Assembly: GCA_029838195.1 (NCBI GenBank)
Contig: JALGVJ010000013.1
Location: 1 to 64,000 of the forward strand
DNA: 64,000 nt
Direction of reading: 5' to 3'
Source of the DNA: Promethearchaeota archaeon
GTDB taxonomy: Archaea; Asgardarchaeota; Lokiarchaeia; Sigyniarchaeales; SOKP01
A model generated the notes under the pieces. That model was not told the origin of the DNA, did not search any database, and was given only the letters and a program-made list of their open reading frames with translations. Each line of letters opens with the position of its first letter. Within the stretch, counting starts at the first letter, position 1. A program made the position numbers and the translations under genes. Below are positions 10,125-21,030 of the stretch, piece after piece.

Positions 10125-13100
10125 ATGACGATTATTGAAGGTAAGACTGCGTATCCCTATTTGACAGTTTTTAAAAAGGAGCCATTTGAATCGTTCACGT
10201 TAATCAAGCAAAGAAATATTAATGATTTTTATACCAGTAATAAAGAAAAAATTTTTAAAATTCATGACCATTTCCAAGAGAATCTGTTCAAGTATCAAAA
10301 TCTTAACTTGGAAAATATTTATTGGTTTTTATTATTGAATAAATACTTGAAACAACCCGATCCCTTTAATGCAGAACAGATCTACGAGTTTATAAAGAAA
10401 TGTGAGCGAATAAAAGAAAATAAATTAGGGTTTAAATTCACTCCTACCGCAGATTGTGAACCCGATATTTGGTCCACGTATTATGCGCTCATGAGCCTTC
10501 ATTTTTTGGGAAAGTTAGAGGAGTATTTGTTTTCACGTGGATTAGAACAATCCATTACCTTCATTAAAGATTTTATTTTTTCTCATTCGAAAGGCACCCG
10601 ATTTCTTCATTGTTTGGATGCCCGCTGTGAGATTGAAAATAATATTTCTCCCGCAAGAACGTTATATTTTATTTTAGAAATATTTTCCTTATTAGAATTC
10701 GATATACGAGGAAATAGGGAAAAATTTCGTCCTTTTATTGGCGTTCGGAGAAAGGATCCTTCTCTGGTTTTTAAACTTTCATGTTTATTATATTTAGATT
10801 TGGCATCCAACGTAAAAGAGAAAGAGATTCTGTATCTTTATCAATTTCAGAGAAAAAATGGGGGGTTTAATTTCAAGGAGGGAATAGGAAATTCGAGGGC
10901 TACATTTTGGATAACTTGGGTATTATATAATTATAGTTGGCTTGTAGATTATGATCCTTCACGTATTTATTCATTTATCATTAATCGATTAAATAATCTC
11001 ATGAAAAAAGAGGAAGAATGGAATTTAACTATATTAGCGGAAGTTTCGAAATTAATTATTACCTTATCTCTGATTTGGAAAAAATTTATTGATGAAATAG
11101 AAAGAGTGGTATTTGATGAGTTAGAAAAAAACAAATTCATTGATTTAAATCGGGTCGAGGCGATATTTGGGTTAGATACCACGACAATCCAAGAAATTTT
11201 TTCCTACATTAACGAAAGCTATAATTTTAATCTTCGAATTTTAACCATGAAGAGTGAATTCTCCAAGTTCGTGAATGACCTCAGCAGTACCAACTTGAAC
11301 TTATTGGCCACAACCCTCTATGAGGAGATTTCTAAAAATAGCGTGATATATATTTCTGATATTTTAAAAAAATACAACACTAAATTTCGCTCTGAACAAT
11401 TAAAAATCAAGGATGTCGATGTTCTCCTCAAAAAAATGATTTCTCACCATTTCTTTAATGGAACACTAAGGAAAAAAAGAACCTTATTAAAAAGGGTAAA
11501 ATATTTTTTCTATGTGAGTCAAGTTCCCGAACACGTGATTGTATCGGACATGGATATAAATGCTGAGAAAATCTTTGAAGAAAAACTGAAATTAAAAGAG
11601 ATTAAAAATGACATCTACAATATCATCTTGAATCTTAAAAATGCAACCTCCCAAATTAAGGAGGAAATTGAAAGTTATTTAATGATGGATGAAGTTGAAT
11701 ATGCTAAAAAAAGATTAAGCTTAATTACTCGTAGCAAGTTAATGGACGCTGACTTTCTTAATGAAAACATCGAAAATTCTTTTAATGAAGAATTGTATTA
11801 CATGAACATTCAATCTGTATTAGCGGCAGAAATATCTCGTTGGAAAGAATTATATTCCGTGTTAAGTTTAAGATTAAATGAAACCGAAAAATACCTAAAA
11901 GAAAAAATTAAAGAGAAGGAAGAGCTAAAAAATTATGAACTTCTTTTGGATAAATTAGAAGAAAAAATATTCGCTGCGGCTGAAGCATTTAATAAATATA
12001 TTAAGGCGTTTCGAATTTTTCTTAGAACGATTTTAGAACAACAGCAAGCGGAAAACGTTTATGATACTATAATGAAAGAATTTAACACGTTAAAAGAAAA
12101 GGTTGAGATGTTTGATGAAAAAATTCAACGGTTTTCTCAAAAAATAATAACTAAAGAAGATATGGTACGGAAAAAACATAAAAATATTATTGAAAAGTGG
12201 TTGGGAATAAAAGAAGAATTAGATATGATCTTAAATTATTATTCAGAAGGGTTTTCCTTCTTTAACCAAGTTATGGTAGAGTTAGCCCATCTCGAGCGAG
12301 AATTAGAAGATCGTCTGTCCGAAATTCATGACCAAGCGAGTCAAAAAATTTATGGTAGCGAGTTTAAAATAGCGTACGAGATTATTCAAAATCAATCAGA
12401 TTTAATCTTACAAGAACTTTCCGTAAAATTAAAATCTTTAAAAACTACCGTGGAAGGGGAGATTAAGAAAAAACAAAAACTATATCTCCTTTATCGGTAT
12501 CTTAATGAGAATATAGATAAAATGGAAGAAAGATACATTAAAAAAGTCGGTGATCGAGTTCAAGCTCTGCGGGATAAAATTATAGAAGAACAAAATCGTT
12601 CTAAGATCGAAGATTTTGAAAGTTTTACTTCAGAAAAGATTATAGATCTCAAGAATGATTTGCAAGAGTTCAGGAAGAAGTTAAAAGATCATGAGGTTTT
12701 ACAAAACCTTGAACTGAAACAAGTTACTAAAGAAATAGAGAAAATTCAGGATAAATTTGAAGCGTACAATAAAAAATATCTTTTAAAATTAGAAAATTGT
12801 AGAAAAACCATCTCGAGTTTTGATGAAAAATTAAAGGTAACGCTTATTCAATGGGATAAATTTTCGATGTTTTTTAAGAATGAGCTTTCCATATTAAAGG
12901 AAGAATTGATAGACACGCTTCTTCTGTTAAAGATTGACCACCTCTCTAATAAATATAATTCAGATAGCATTAATCTAAAAGAACTAAAAAAAGAAACTAA
13001 TCTTTCTTGCAAATTTTTAATAGAAAAAATTAAAAATTTAATCGAATCATCAAAGGTGGAGGGCCAATTACATGAAGATAAAAAATGCTTATTGATTTTC

Positions 13101-14555
13101 TCGGAGCATTATTACAAAAACAGGGAATTGAGGTATTTCATTGATAATAAATTAATCAAAGATAGCCAAGAAAAAATGGGTAAAATCTTAGCATTATTCG
13201 ATTCTGCCGTGAAAAAAATGACGTTAAGCGTGAACTTCTTAGAAATTCAAAACCGAATTAATGATATAGAAAATTTTGAGCTTCCCCTTAAAAAGCAATT
13301 TGAACAAAAAATAAGATTTTTAGATATTGATCTAAATAGCCGAACTGAATACCTCGAAACAAGAGAACATTTTTTTTCTCTTATACAGCGTATCAAGCAT
13401 GCTTTAAATCAAATCAAGACGAATCTCAAACTCTTTAAAGAGGCTCAAACCTTAATAATTACTCGTTTTGAAGCCCTTAAACTGAAGTTACAGAAAATCT
13501 TTTCTAAATTAATGGAAGAAAGTGACAATGTAAGGTCCTATCTGAGAGTTAAAAAAGCATTTGAAGAATTTAAAATAGATTTTGAGCGATCCTTAACAGA
13601 AGTTGATAAAGCTATTGAAGAAAATATTAGCCGAATCTTGAATCAAACCGAAGAGGCAAAAAAATTCACTCCAGAACTCCAAGCCTTGCGAGTGAAGGCT
13701 AAAAACCAGCTCATTGAGGAATACAAAAATAAAAAAGATAAGCTAGAAAAAATGCTCGAATTACTAAAAAACAAGCTCTTTCAAGGGAATCTCTTAACCT
13801 TAATAAACGATTCCAAAATTCGTTTATCTCAATTATTAGGGACGCTTCAGAGAAAAGTAGAAGATACCATTGAAATAAAAGAATTCAAGCGTGCCCAAGC
13901 TACTGTTCAAAAAAGAGTGAAAAACATTAACATGGAAATAAAAAACATTCATCGCGAAATCAGAAATCTCGTAAAAACTTATAATAAACAAGCAATAGGA
14001 TTTGAAACACAGAGCAAATATATTTTGGACGATTTTGAACACTTTCTCAATGAATATGGTGCAGCCCTCTTGGAAAAAGAAAAAACTCTCGAGCGAACCA
14101 TTTTAAAAGAATACGTTTCCATGACGATTAAGGCCGTCACGAATCAATACCTCACGATTGGATTTCTCAACCATGAATTAGGAATTAAAAAGCAAAACAT
14201 TCAAGATCATTTGCTTTTTTTAATCAGTTCTGGGCAATTACAAGGCAAGTATGACCCTCGCATGGGATTATATTATGAAAATCCCCAAGTATTAAAAGAT
14301 TTAGACGAGAATGAATTAGAGGTAATAAAAACTATGAATTTCAGAGTCTACATGTTCTTAAATCGACTTAAAAATTTTACTTCACAATATTATTCCATTA
14401 TCGCCTTTTTCGCAAGTTTTCTCACTATTTCTTATTATTTATTCACATTATCGGGAGGAAATCCTTTAGCTCTCATCATTCCTGCCATTGTTCTAATCAT
14501 GCTATTGAGCTTCATGTTTTTAAAGAAAAGAAAAGAAGAAAAAATAAAAATCTAA
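10125..14555 (+). CDS. Giant protein: N-terminal prenyltransferase/squalene-oxidase-like repeats, long coiled coil, winged-helix/PCI-like segments, two C-terminal TM helices
   Basis: GFKF..DIWSTYYALMSL and FQRKNGGF...ATFWITWVL repeats; E/K/L heptad-rich core; LIESSKVEGQLH and LISSGQLQGKYD segments; hydrophobic hairpin plus KKRKEEK tail. Confidence 0.6.
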   Translation: MTIIEGKTAYPYLTVFKKEPFESFTLIKQRNINDFYTSNKEKIFKIHDHFQENLFKYQNLNLENIYWFLLLNKYLKQPDPFNAEQIYEFIKKCERIKENKLGFKFTPTADCEPDIWSTYYALMSLHFLGKLEEYLFSRGLEQSITFIKDFIFSHSKGTRFLHCLDARCEIENNISPARTLYFILEIFSLLEFDIRGNREKFRPFIGVRRKDPSLVFKLSCLLYLDLASNVKEKEILYLYQFQRKNGGFNFKEGIGNSRATFWITWVLYNYSWLVDYDPSRIYSFIINRLNNLMKKEEEWNLTILAEVSKLIITLSLIWKKFIDEIERVVFDELEKNKFIDLNRVEAIFGLDTTTIQEIFSYINESYNFNLRILTMKSEFSKFVNDLSSTNLNLLATTLYEEISKNSVIYISDILKKYNTKFRSEQLKIKDVDVLLKKMISHHFFNGTLRKKRTLLKRVKYFFYVSQVPEHVIVSDMDINAEKIFEEKLKLKEIKNDIYNIILNLKNATSQIKEEIESYLMMDEVEYAKKRLSLITRSKLMDADFLNENIENSFNEELYYMNIQSVLAAEISRWKELYSVLSLRLNETEKYLKEKIKEKEELKNYELLLDKLEEKIFAAAEAFNKYIKAFRIFLRTILEQQQAENVYDTIMKEFNTLKEKVEMFDEKIQRFSQKIITKEDMVRKKHKNIIEKWLGIKEELDMILNYYSEGFSFFNQVMVELAHLERELEDRLSEIHDQASQKIYGSEFKIAYEIIQNQSDLILQELSVKLKSLKTTVEGEIKKKQKLYLLYRYLNENIDKMEERYIKKVGDRVQALRDKIIEEQNRSKIEDFESFTSEKIIDLKNDLQEFRKKLKDHEVLQNLELKQVTKEIEKIQDKFEAYNKKYLLKLENCRKTISSFDEKLKVTLIQWDKFSMFFKNELSILKEELIDTLLLLKIDHLSNKYNSDSINLKELKKETNLSCKFLIEKIKNLIESSKVEGQLHEDKKCLLIFSEHYYKNRELRYFIDNKLIKDSQEKMGKILALFDSAVKKMTLSVNFLEIQNRINDIENFELPLKKQFEQKIRFLDIDLNSRTEYLETREHFFSLIQRIKHALNQIKTNLKLFKEAQTLIITRFEALKLKLQKIFSKLMEESDNVRSYLRVKKAFEEFKIDFERSLTEVDKAIEENISRILNQTEEAKKFTPELQALRVKAKNQLIEEYKNKKDKLEKMLELLKNKLFQGNLLTLINDSKIRLSQLLGTLQRKVEDTIEIKEFKRAQATVQKRVKNINMEIKNIHREIRNLVKTYNKQAIGFETQSKYILDDFEHFLNEYGAALLEKEKTLERTILKEYVSMTIKAVTNQYLTIGFLNHELGIKKQNIQDHLLFLISSGQLQGKYDPRMGLYYENPQVLKDLDENELEVIKTMNFRVYMFLNRLKNFTSQYYSIIAFFASFLTISYYLFTLSGGNPLALIIPAIVLIMLLSFMFLKKRKEEKIKI

Positions 14556-14615
14556 AAAGCAATAGTTCGGAAAATAAGAGTTATAATTAATTATTGTCTT
14601 TTTTTTTCTCAAGTA

Positions 14616-15413
14616 ATGAACCGAAAAAAATTTAATTCTAAAGTGGACAGACTTCTTCAAAGAATCCCGGCACTTGGTAAATTGCTCACTACTCTTTTTA
14701 GTGCTCAAGAAGTATTAATGCTGGAGATCTTTAGATTTTTAGATCAAAAATTTCACGTGAATTCCTTGATTTTCCTTGATAAATATTTATTTAAAGGAAG
14801 ATGGGGAGGAAAAATCGTTCCTTTAAACATTAATCTACAACCAGACATGAGCTTTTTACCTTCGCAAGAAATATTAGAACTTCTCAGTAGATCAAGTGTC
14901 ACGGGCATTTCATATTGTTATTGTAGGAATGTCCAACGCAAGCACGGAAAACCCAATTGCGATCATCCCATCAATACATGCATTCATCTTGGTTTTGGCA
15001 AGGATTTAAAAGAAATACCTTTCAAATCTGAAAATTTAAAAAAGGTATCTAAAGAAGAAATAAGAAAAATTTTAATCGAATCTGACGAGCGGGGATTAAT
15101 TCATCAATTAATTTATTATCCAAGTCCAGACTTCTATTATGTTGCCTGTAATTGTTGCCCTTGTTGTTGTGTTGTTTTAAGCAAGTTTCTAAAAATGGGA
15201 GCACCTCAAGTAATTAAAAGTGATTTCATTGCGGAAACGGATTTATCTAAATGCGCGAATTGCGGAAATTGCGTGCAATGGTGCTATTTTGGAGCAAGAA
15301 AAATGAACAACGGGCGATTGGCCCTCACCCCATCCCTCTGTTTCGGTTGTGGAATCTGTATTTCGAAATGTCCAAATAGAGCAATTTCCTTAAAGAAGAA
15401 ATTAAAAAATTAA
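14616..15413 (+). CDS. 4Fe-4S binding protein
   Basis: CYCR, CDHP..TC, CNCCPCCC, CANCGNCVQWCYF, CFGCGICISKCP. Confidence 0.85.
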   Translation: MNRKKFNSKVDRLLQRIPALGKLLTTLFSAQEVLMLEIFRFLDQKFHVNSLIFLDKYLFKGRWGGKIVPLNINLQPDMSFLPSQEILELLSRSSVTGISYCYCRNVQRKHGKPNCDHPINTCIHLGFGKDLKEIPFKSENLKKVSKEEIRKILIESDERGLIHQLIYYPSPDFYYVACNCCPCCCVVLSKFLKMGAPQVIKSDFIAETDLSKCANCGNCVQWCYFGARKMNNGRLALTPSLCFGCGICISKCPNRAISLKKKLKN

Positions 15414-15499
15414 TGCTTTACATGTATTTTCTAAAAGAAATATCTTTTTATAAAAAATGATGATAATAATAATATTGATATAACGGTGTTAATTTTTTT

Positions 15500-16489
15500 T
15501 TATCCTTGTTCGCCAGGCGTTTTTATCAAAAGATCTTCAATTTCTTTCTTAAATTTAGTTCTAGAACCCACGAGATTTAAGAATTTGTGAGGTGGATCAT
15601 TCGCTTTATCTTCTACCCAATAATTTTTTCCTGGTTCTTCATCTAAAACTAATCGATAACCCGACACCTCTTCAAAATATTTATCACACCCTCGAATAGC
15701 ATAATATACCGTGAGCAAATCCCAAGTAAAATTTCCTTTATGATTGGTTCCCAAGTAAAATTCATAACACTTACGGACGGGATTTTCCTCAGGTGTTTTA
15801 GTAGGGAGCATTTTACCATTTAAAAATTCACTTCCATGAGTCTGGACGACGAGTTCCGTGGGCCAATGATTAAGGGCGGTTCGGGCGGCAGGCCAATCCA
15901 TCCTCCAATTGAGGCGTTCAATATCCTTGGGAAAGCGACCCCATCCCATGGTAACCAGTTTTTTAACTTTTTTCCTTACCAAATCCATTCCGGAGAGCTC
16001 ACTGAACTCATCAGGACCTGATTTTAAAAGATCACCAAGAGCAGAGAGTAAGCCTACGGCTATTATAACCACAGAAGAGTCTTCAGCTTCTGAGAGTAAA
16101 TGGCGGTATAACGGGACTGCGTCCCACGTGTTAGGAATTTTAATTTCATCTAAATTAAAAAATTGAACCACTTTTTTTGGATAATAATTTCGCCCAGAAG
16201 CAATTACTTCTTGTTGATGTTCTCTATATTCCTTAAACCTACTTCCATTTTCGAAATCTTCATTTTTTAAATAACCTATGGGAAGATTTCCTCTATCATA
16301 ATAGGTATTAATGGTATGAGCAATTTTCACGGAAGAATCCAAGGGCACATCGCAAATAACGCCAAGGATGGTTGCTTCTTGGAGATCTGCTAGTGCATGG
16401 AGAATTGCCAAAGCACCACAATCATCACAGTCGAGATCCATGTCCGTATCGTAAATGACGGGGACGGATTTATTGTTTGAGCTTGACAT
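15500..16489 (-). CDS. Nucleoside hydrolase family protein
   Basis: VIYDTDMDLDCDDCGAL (DxDxxxDD), IAVGLLS, TWDLLT. Confidence 0.8.
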   Translation of the reverse strand: MSSSNNKSVPVIYDTDMDLDCDDCGALAILHALADLQEATILGVICDVPLDSSVKIAHTINTYYDRGNLPIGYLKNEDFENGSRFKEYREHQQEVIASGRNYYPKKVVQFFNLDEIKIPNTWDAVPLYRHLLSEAEDSSVVIIAVGLLSALGDLLKSGPDEFSELSGMDLVRKKVKKLVTMGWGRFPKDIERLNWRMDWPAARTALNHWPTELVVQTHGSEFLNGKMLPTKTPEENPVRKCYEFYLGTNHKGNFTWDLLTVYYAIRGCDKYFEEVSGYRLVLDEEPGKNYWVEDKANDPPHKFLNLVGSRTKFKKEIEDLLIKTPGEQG

Positions 16490-16574
16490 TTTCTAGTAAA
16501 ATTTAATTAATTAATCTCTCTAATTTATAAAATTCATAAAATATAGGTATTAATAAGATAATTAAAGATTTAAT

Positions 16575-18737
16575 TTATTCATGATCTATGAGGATGTGAA
16601 GTTCATTTTCATTTCTTTTTTCTAAATAACCTAAATAACAAGCTTGATTGAGATGAATAAAAAAAGTGTTTTCTAAAATATCTTCTTGCTCAGCTAATTT
16701 TTTTAATTTGGAAACTTCGATTTTACCTTCAATTGCATAGATTCGTGCTAAATTAATGAGCGTTTTTAACTTCTTGTTGTAAGAGGGTTTTCGGGCGTCC
16801 GTCTTTTTAACAGATTTTTTTTTAATTCCTTTTATTGTCATCATTCTTTTTTTTAATCGGCTCTTGGAAAGATCAGCTACATCAGAAAAAAAAGTTATTC
16901 CATATTTTCTAAATTTTTTAAATTCCAAGCTATTTGAGAATTTCTCCATTTCTTCCAAAATTTCTTCGATGGATTTATTAGATAGAATTTCTCTTTCTCG
17001 TTCTTTTCGTTCCTGGAACTCTTTAATGAAGTCCCATTCCGAGAAAGGTTTCTTTTTCTGTGTGAAATTAATTGCGGAGCGAGGAATTTTTGTTTTTAAA
17101 TCCAAGCATTCTTCATTAGAAAGAATGGTTTTCATGCTATTTTTTTTTTTACATGCAACTTTAAAGTAGGGTACATCCACGGTATTTTTAGTAATTAATA
17201 TATAACAACGACCCGGAGAATGTCTTCCAGTTCGCCCTCGCCTCTGAATGTAGCGAATTTCGGAAGGGATGGGTTCATAAAAAATGATAGCATCTACATT
17301 AGGAATGTCCAAACCTTCTTCCGCAACACAAGTAGCACATAAAATATTAATTTCGTTTTCTCTAAACTTTCTGATTATTTCACTTTGTTCTGACTGAGAA
17401 AATCCTTTATCTTCGTGTTTAGTTGCTTGTCCTATAAACTTCTCTATTTTTATTTCCTCGGGTAATAGTAATTGCAATCTTTTTCTCAAAACCGTTGCCA
17501 TTTGGCGATATTGAGTGAAAATAATAATTTTTTCATTCTTATAATGATTTAATTCTTTATTTATGATTGAAAGAGTCAAATCGATTTTAGGATGATGTAA
17601 ATTCATAAACTCGTTTTTTTCCAATAGGGAATAAATGTAGTTAAAATGTTCCGAATTCGATATGCGTATAGCGGCACTATTATTGTTTCTTGCTTTAAAC
17701 GCAATGGTCTCTAAAAATGTTTTAAAAAGACGAATATCTTGGGTTTCCAACAAATCTTTACCATGTAATATAGAAATACAACTAGAACAATAAGAGAAGA
17801 TGGAATGGATGTTTAAGTTTTTTTCTCTCACGATATCAATTATTTTAGGATTGGTGTAATAAAGGTTATTTAATAGTATCTCTGTTTCTACTGCCTTATC
17901 TAATAAATCCTCAAATTTTAAGGAAAGGGTCAGATCTTCCGCTATACGTAAAAAATCTATTTTCGAATAATATTTTTTATGAGGATTTATTAAACCTCGT
18001 TGGATGAAAAATCTCAAGAATTTTTTAAATAAAGCGTCCCAAATAACGCTTATTTTAATGAATTCCAATGGTAAAACAGTATATTTTAAATAAAGTTCAA
18101 TATCATGTAGATATCGTTCCACGTCCGGATCTTCTCTCGATTTAAATATTACTTTTTCAATACTTAAATTATCGCAAATTTGCTGGATTCTCTCTAGATC
18201 TTTACCAGGAGATGCTGTTAAGCCTAATATGAGCGGATCATTACACGTTTTCAGGTATTCCTTAGCAATTCCTGTATAAGCATAGTTTCCCCTCGTTCTA
18301 TGAGCTTCATCAATGATTAGCAAGCAAATAAAAGATAAATCATAGCGTTTTCTCATGACGTCATTTTTTATTACTTGAGGGGTAGAAATAATGATCTGGG
18401 ATTTTTCGAATAAAACAAATCTTTCCTCGGGTTTAATTTTTCCCGTTAAAGATACTATTTTCTCTTCAGGAATTGTAAGAAATCTTTTACAAGAGCGCTC
18501 GTGTTGAGCGACTAGTGGTCTCGTTGGAGCAAGAATTAATATTTTTCCTTCAGGATATTTTTTAAGCGCTTCTGCCATGAGAAGCACGCCGATGACCGTT
18601 TTACCTAAACCCGTGGGCAATACTACGAGGGAATTTTTATCCTTTATTTCCTTTAAAATATTAGCTTGATATTCTCTAAAATCAATGGTATTTTCTTTTA
18701 AAAACTCTCCATTAAAATAGACAAAATTACATTTCAT
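16575..18737 (-). CDS. hef: Hef/FANCM(Mph1)-type SF2 helicase; no ERCC4 nuclease motif recognised
   Basis: REYQ, PTGLGKT, APTRPLVAQH, DEAHR, GLTASPG, FTQYR, FIGQA, EEGLDIP, QRRGRTGR. Confidence 0.88.
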   Translation of the reverse strand: MKCNFVYFNGEFLKENTIDFREYQANILKEIKDKNSLVVLPTGLGKTVIGVLLMAEALKKYPEGKILILAPTRPLVAQHERSCKRFLTIPEEKIVSLTGKIKPEERFVLFEKSQIIISTPQVIKNDVMRKRYDLSFICLLIIDEAHRTRGNYAYTGIAKEYLKTCNDPLILGLTASPGKDLERIQQICDNLSIEKVIFKSREDPDVERYLHDIELYLKYTVLPLEFIKISVIWDALFKKFLRFFIQRGLINPHKKYYSKIDFLRIAEDLTLSLKFEDLLDKAVETEILLNNLYYTNPKIIDIVREKNLNIHSIFSYCSSCISILHGKDLLETQDIRLFKTFLETIAFKARNNNSAAIRISNSEHFNYIYSLLEKNEFMNLHHPKIDLTLSIINKELNHYKNEKIIIFTQYRQMATVLRKRLQLLLPEEIKIEKFIGQATKHEDKGFSQSEQSEIIRKFRENEINILCATCVAEEGLDIPNVDAIIFYEPIPSEIRYIQRRGRTGRHSPGRCYILITKNTVDVPYFKVACKKKNSMKTILSNEECLDLKTKIPRSAINFTQKKKPFSEWDFIKEFQERKEREREILSNKSIEEILEEMEKFSNSLEFKKFRKYGITFFSDVADLSKSRLKKRMMTIKGIKKKSVKKTDARKPSYNKKLKTLINLARIYAIEGKIEVSKLKKLAEQEDILENTFFIHLNQACYLGYLEKRNENELHILIDHE

Positions 18738-19034
18738 CGTTCATGGTTTAAAAACAAGTTTCGGATTATAAAAAACCAGAGAGTAGTGAATTATTAAATA
18801 TTAATTATAGATTATTAATGCGTCCCTCTTTTTTTACCTTGAGAAAAAAATTATTAATCCATCGATAAGCTCACCAAGAGAATTATCATCATTACTTAAT
18901 GATTGAACCTTAGTAAAAAAATAGCTTAGTAGTAGCAGGAAAAAGGGAAAAAATCACTTAAAATCGAATTAACCTCAAAATTATAAATTCTTTCCCCAAA
19001 AAAATAATAGCTTCTAATTTAATATTAAAACATG

Positions 19035-20045
19035 CTAAATTTCATTCGGCATGAATTTGAACTCATTTTTTCCTAATGTTCTCTTTATCAAGCCTTCTTG
19101 TTCTAATTTTTTAAGGGTTAAACAAACATATCCCCGTGCCATGTTTCGTATTCTGCTCGTTCCATTAGGATATAATGCTTTTACGATTTCTGAGGCTGCA
19201 ACGCCGTTTTTAGAATTATTTCGCACTAACCTTAAAATCTCTTCGGTTCGTTTCCGCCGATGAGCTAATAACTCTTTAATCCTTTCCCTTGGAGCTTCAA
19301 TGGGACTTCCGTGAGAGGGTAAAATTAAATTTAAATTAGGTAAGTCTAATAGTTGTTGTAAGCTATTTATATAATCATCTAAATTAGAATCGGGAGGGCC
19401 TAACCACGTCGTTATGGATTTGAGCACGTTATCTCCGGAAAACAAGATCCCTTTATTTTCACTATAGAGAGAAATATGACCAAAACAATGCCCGGGTGAT
19501 GGAAATACTTTCCATTCCTCGTTATTTATTATTAAAATGCTTTCTTCCTCAATAATCTCATCGGCTTTGTCAATAAAATGAACTCCGAAAACCTTGCGGT
19601 ATAAATATCGCGAAATTTTTTTTATGAACCATAATTTAATTCGATTTTTAAGAGTTGGAACGTTCAAATAATCTTCAAAATAATCCATTTCATGCATTTT
19701 ATCAAACATTTGCTTGTTTTTAAGTGCTTTAGCCATAGTCTCCGTTAATACGATTTTGACTCCTAAATATTTTTTAATTAAATATAAACCGCCTACGTGA
19801 TCACCATGCGGATGAGAGGGAAGAATACGTGTTAAATTAAATTCCTTTCCTTCAATTTTATATTGTTCCTCAATTTTTTTAACGTGTTCCACGAAATATT
19901 CCACGGTTTTTTTATCTCCATATCCTCCATCAAAGATCAAGCCATCTTTTCCGGCGATCACGTACAAGTTTTCAGGAGGTCGACGAATACCCAAAAATTT
20001 CCCTCGCTCTTCAATGCAAAAAATTCCCGGGAAAATTTCATTCAT
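19035..20045 (-). CDS. MBL-fold metallo-hydrolase with C-terminal winged helix
   Basis: SHPHGDHVGG, PGHCFGH, FSGDN, PSHG. Confidence 0.88.
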   Translation of the reverse strand: MNEIFPGIFCIEERGKFLGIRRPPENLYVIAGKDGLIFDGGYGDKKTVEYFVEHVKKIEEQYKIEGKEFNLTRILPSHPHGDHVGGLYLIKKYLGVKIVLTETMAKALKNKQMFDKMHEMDYFEDYLNVPTLKNRIKLWFIKKISRYLYRKVFGVHFIDKADEIIEEESILIINNEEWKVFPSPGHCFGHISLYSENKGILFSGDNVLKSITTWLGPPDSNLDDYINSLQQLLDLPNLNLILPSHGSPIEAPRERIKELLAHRRKRTEEILRLVRNNSKNGVAASEIVKALYPNGTSRIRNMARGYVCLTLKKLEQEGLIKRTLGKNEFKFMPNEI

Positions 20046-20119
20046 TTTTATTGGTATAATTTAATTTCCTTTTTTTAATTAATATGGAAAAGGATTAAAA
20101 GTTTAAGATTCCTTTAGTT

Positions 20120-20905
20120 TCAACCATTATCTTTTTCTAACTTTGTATAGGTAAGTTTCCCTATCACCCATGCTAAACTCACGCCTGTAATTTCATCTAT
20201 AATATAATGCTGTTTCACGAAAAGCGTCGATAATACAACTCCAATCGCAATAATGATATTAATTATAGCCCATATTTTAAACTTCTTTGAATTATCTATT
20301 TTATAATTTTGATACCAAGCGAAAGCTAAAATTACAGAAACGGCAGCGTGAAGACTGGGAAAACAATTAAAAGAAGTATCGGTTCTATAATATCCATACA
20401 TTATTTTGGCCCAAAAATTTTCTTTATAAACATCCTCAATGGCAAACAGCTCAATTCTCCACCAATACGTTGATACCGGAAAAAAGATATAAACTATTAA
20501 TGAAATTGCACCAATGAAAATTAAAGACCATGCTAACGGGTATCCTTTCTTTGGAGCTATAAAAACAAAATAAATAAAAGAATAACCAATCATGGTAAAA
20601 AATAAAAAGACGTAAAAAATCGCCATTTCAGGAACAAAAGGGATGAGATTATCTAAGGGTCCAAAAACATGATCTAACCGATATCCCTCTCCTTCTGAAT
20701 AGAGGGCCCCCGTCCAAACATATCCGACCCTCATGATCAAACCAATAAAAATTAAAAGAGATAAAATTAGATTCAACGTCATGTACGCTAACTTTTCGGA
20801 AATTGGAGATGTTTTTCCCTTAAAAAAAACTTTCTCTAAGAAGGTTTGGAATTTTTTAACCAAAGAAATAAATAGCACCATTTTTTTGATTTTTCTACGG
20901 ATCAA
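20120..20905 (-). CDS. PAP2-superfamily membrane protein (AUR1/IPC-synthase-like motifs)
   Basis: NCFPSLHAA and KQHYIIDEITG motifs; about 6 TM segments. Confidence 0.75.
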   Translation of the reverse strand: MIRRKIKKMVLFISLVKKFQTFLEKVFFKGKTSPISEKLAYMTLNLILSLLIFIGLIMRVGYVWTGALYSEGEGYRLDHVFGPLDNLIPFVPEMAIFYVFLFFTMIGYSFIYFVFIAPKKGYPLAWSLIFIGAISLIVYIFFPVSTYWWRIELFAIEDVYKENFWAKIMYGYYRTDTSFNCFPSLHAAVSVILAFAWYQNYKIDNSKKFKIWAIINIIIAIGVVLSTLFVKQHYIIDEITGVSLAWVIGKLTYTKLEKDNG

Positions 20906-21030
20906 AAATATTATAAAACATGTATCAAGACAGAAAAAGTTTCCTTTACATTATCAAAACTTTTTTTATATTTTCTTATGATTTCTTAACGTTATTCGCT
21001 TCATTTTCTTAAGACTAAAAAGAATGGAGA

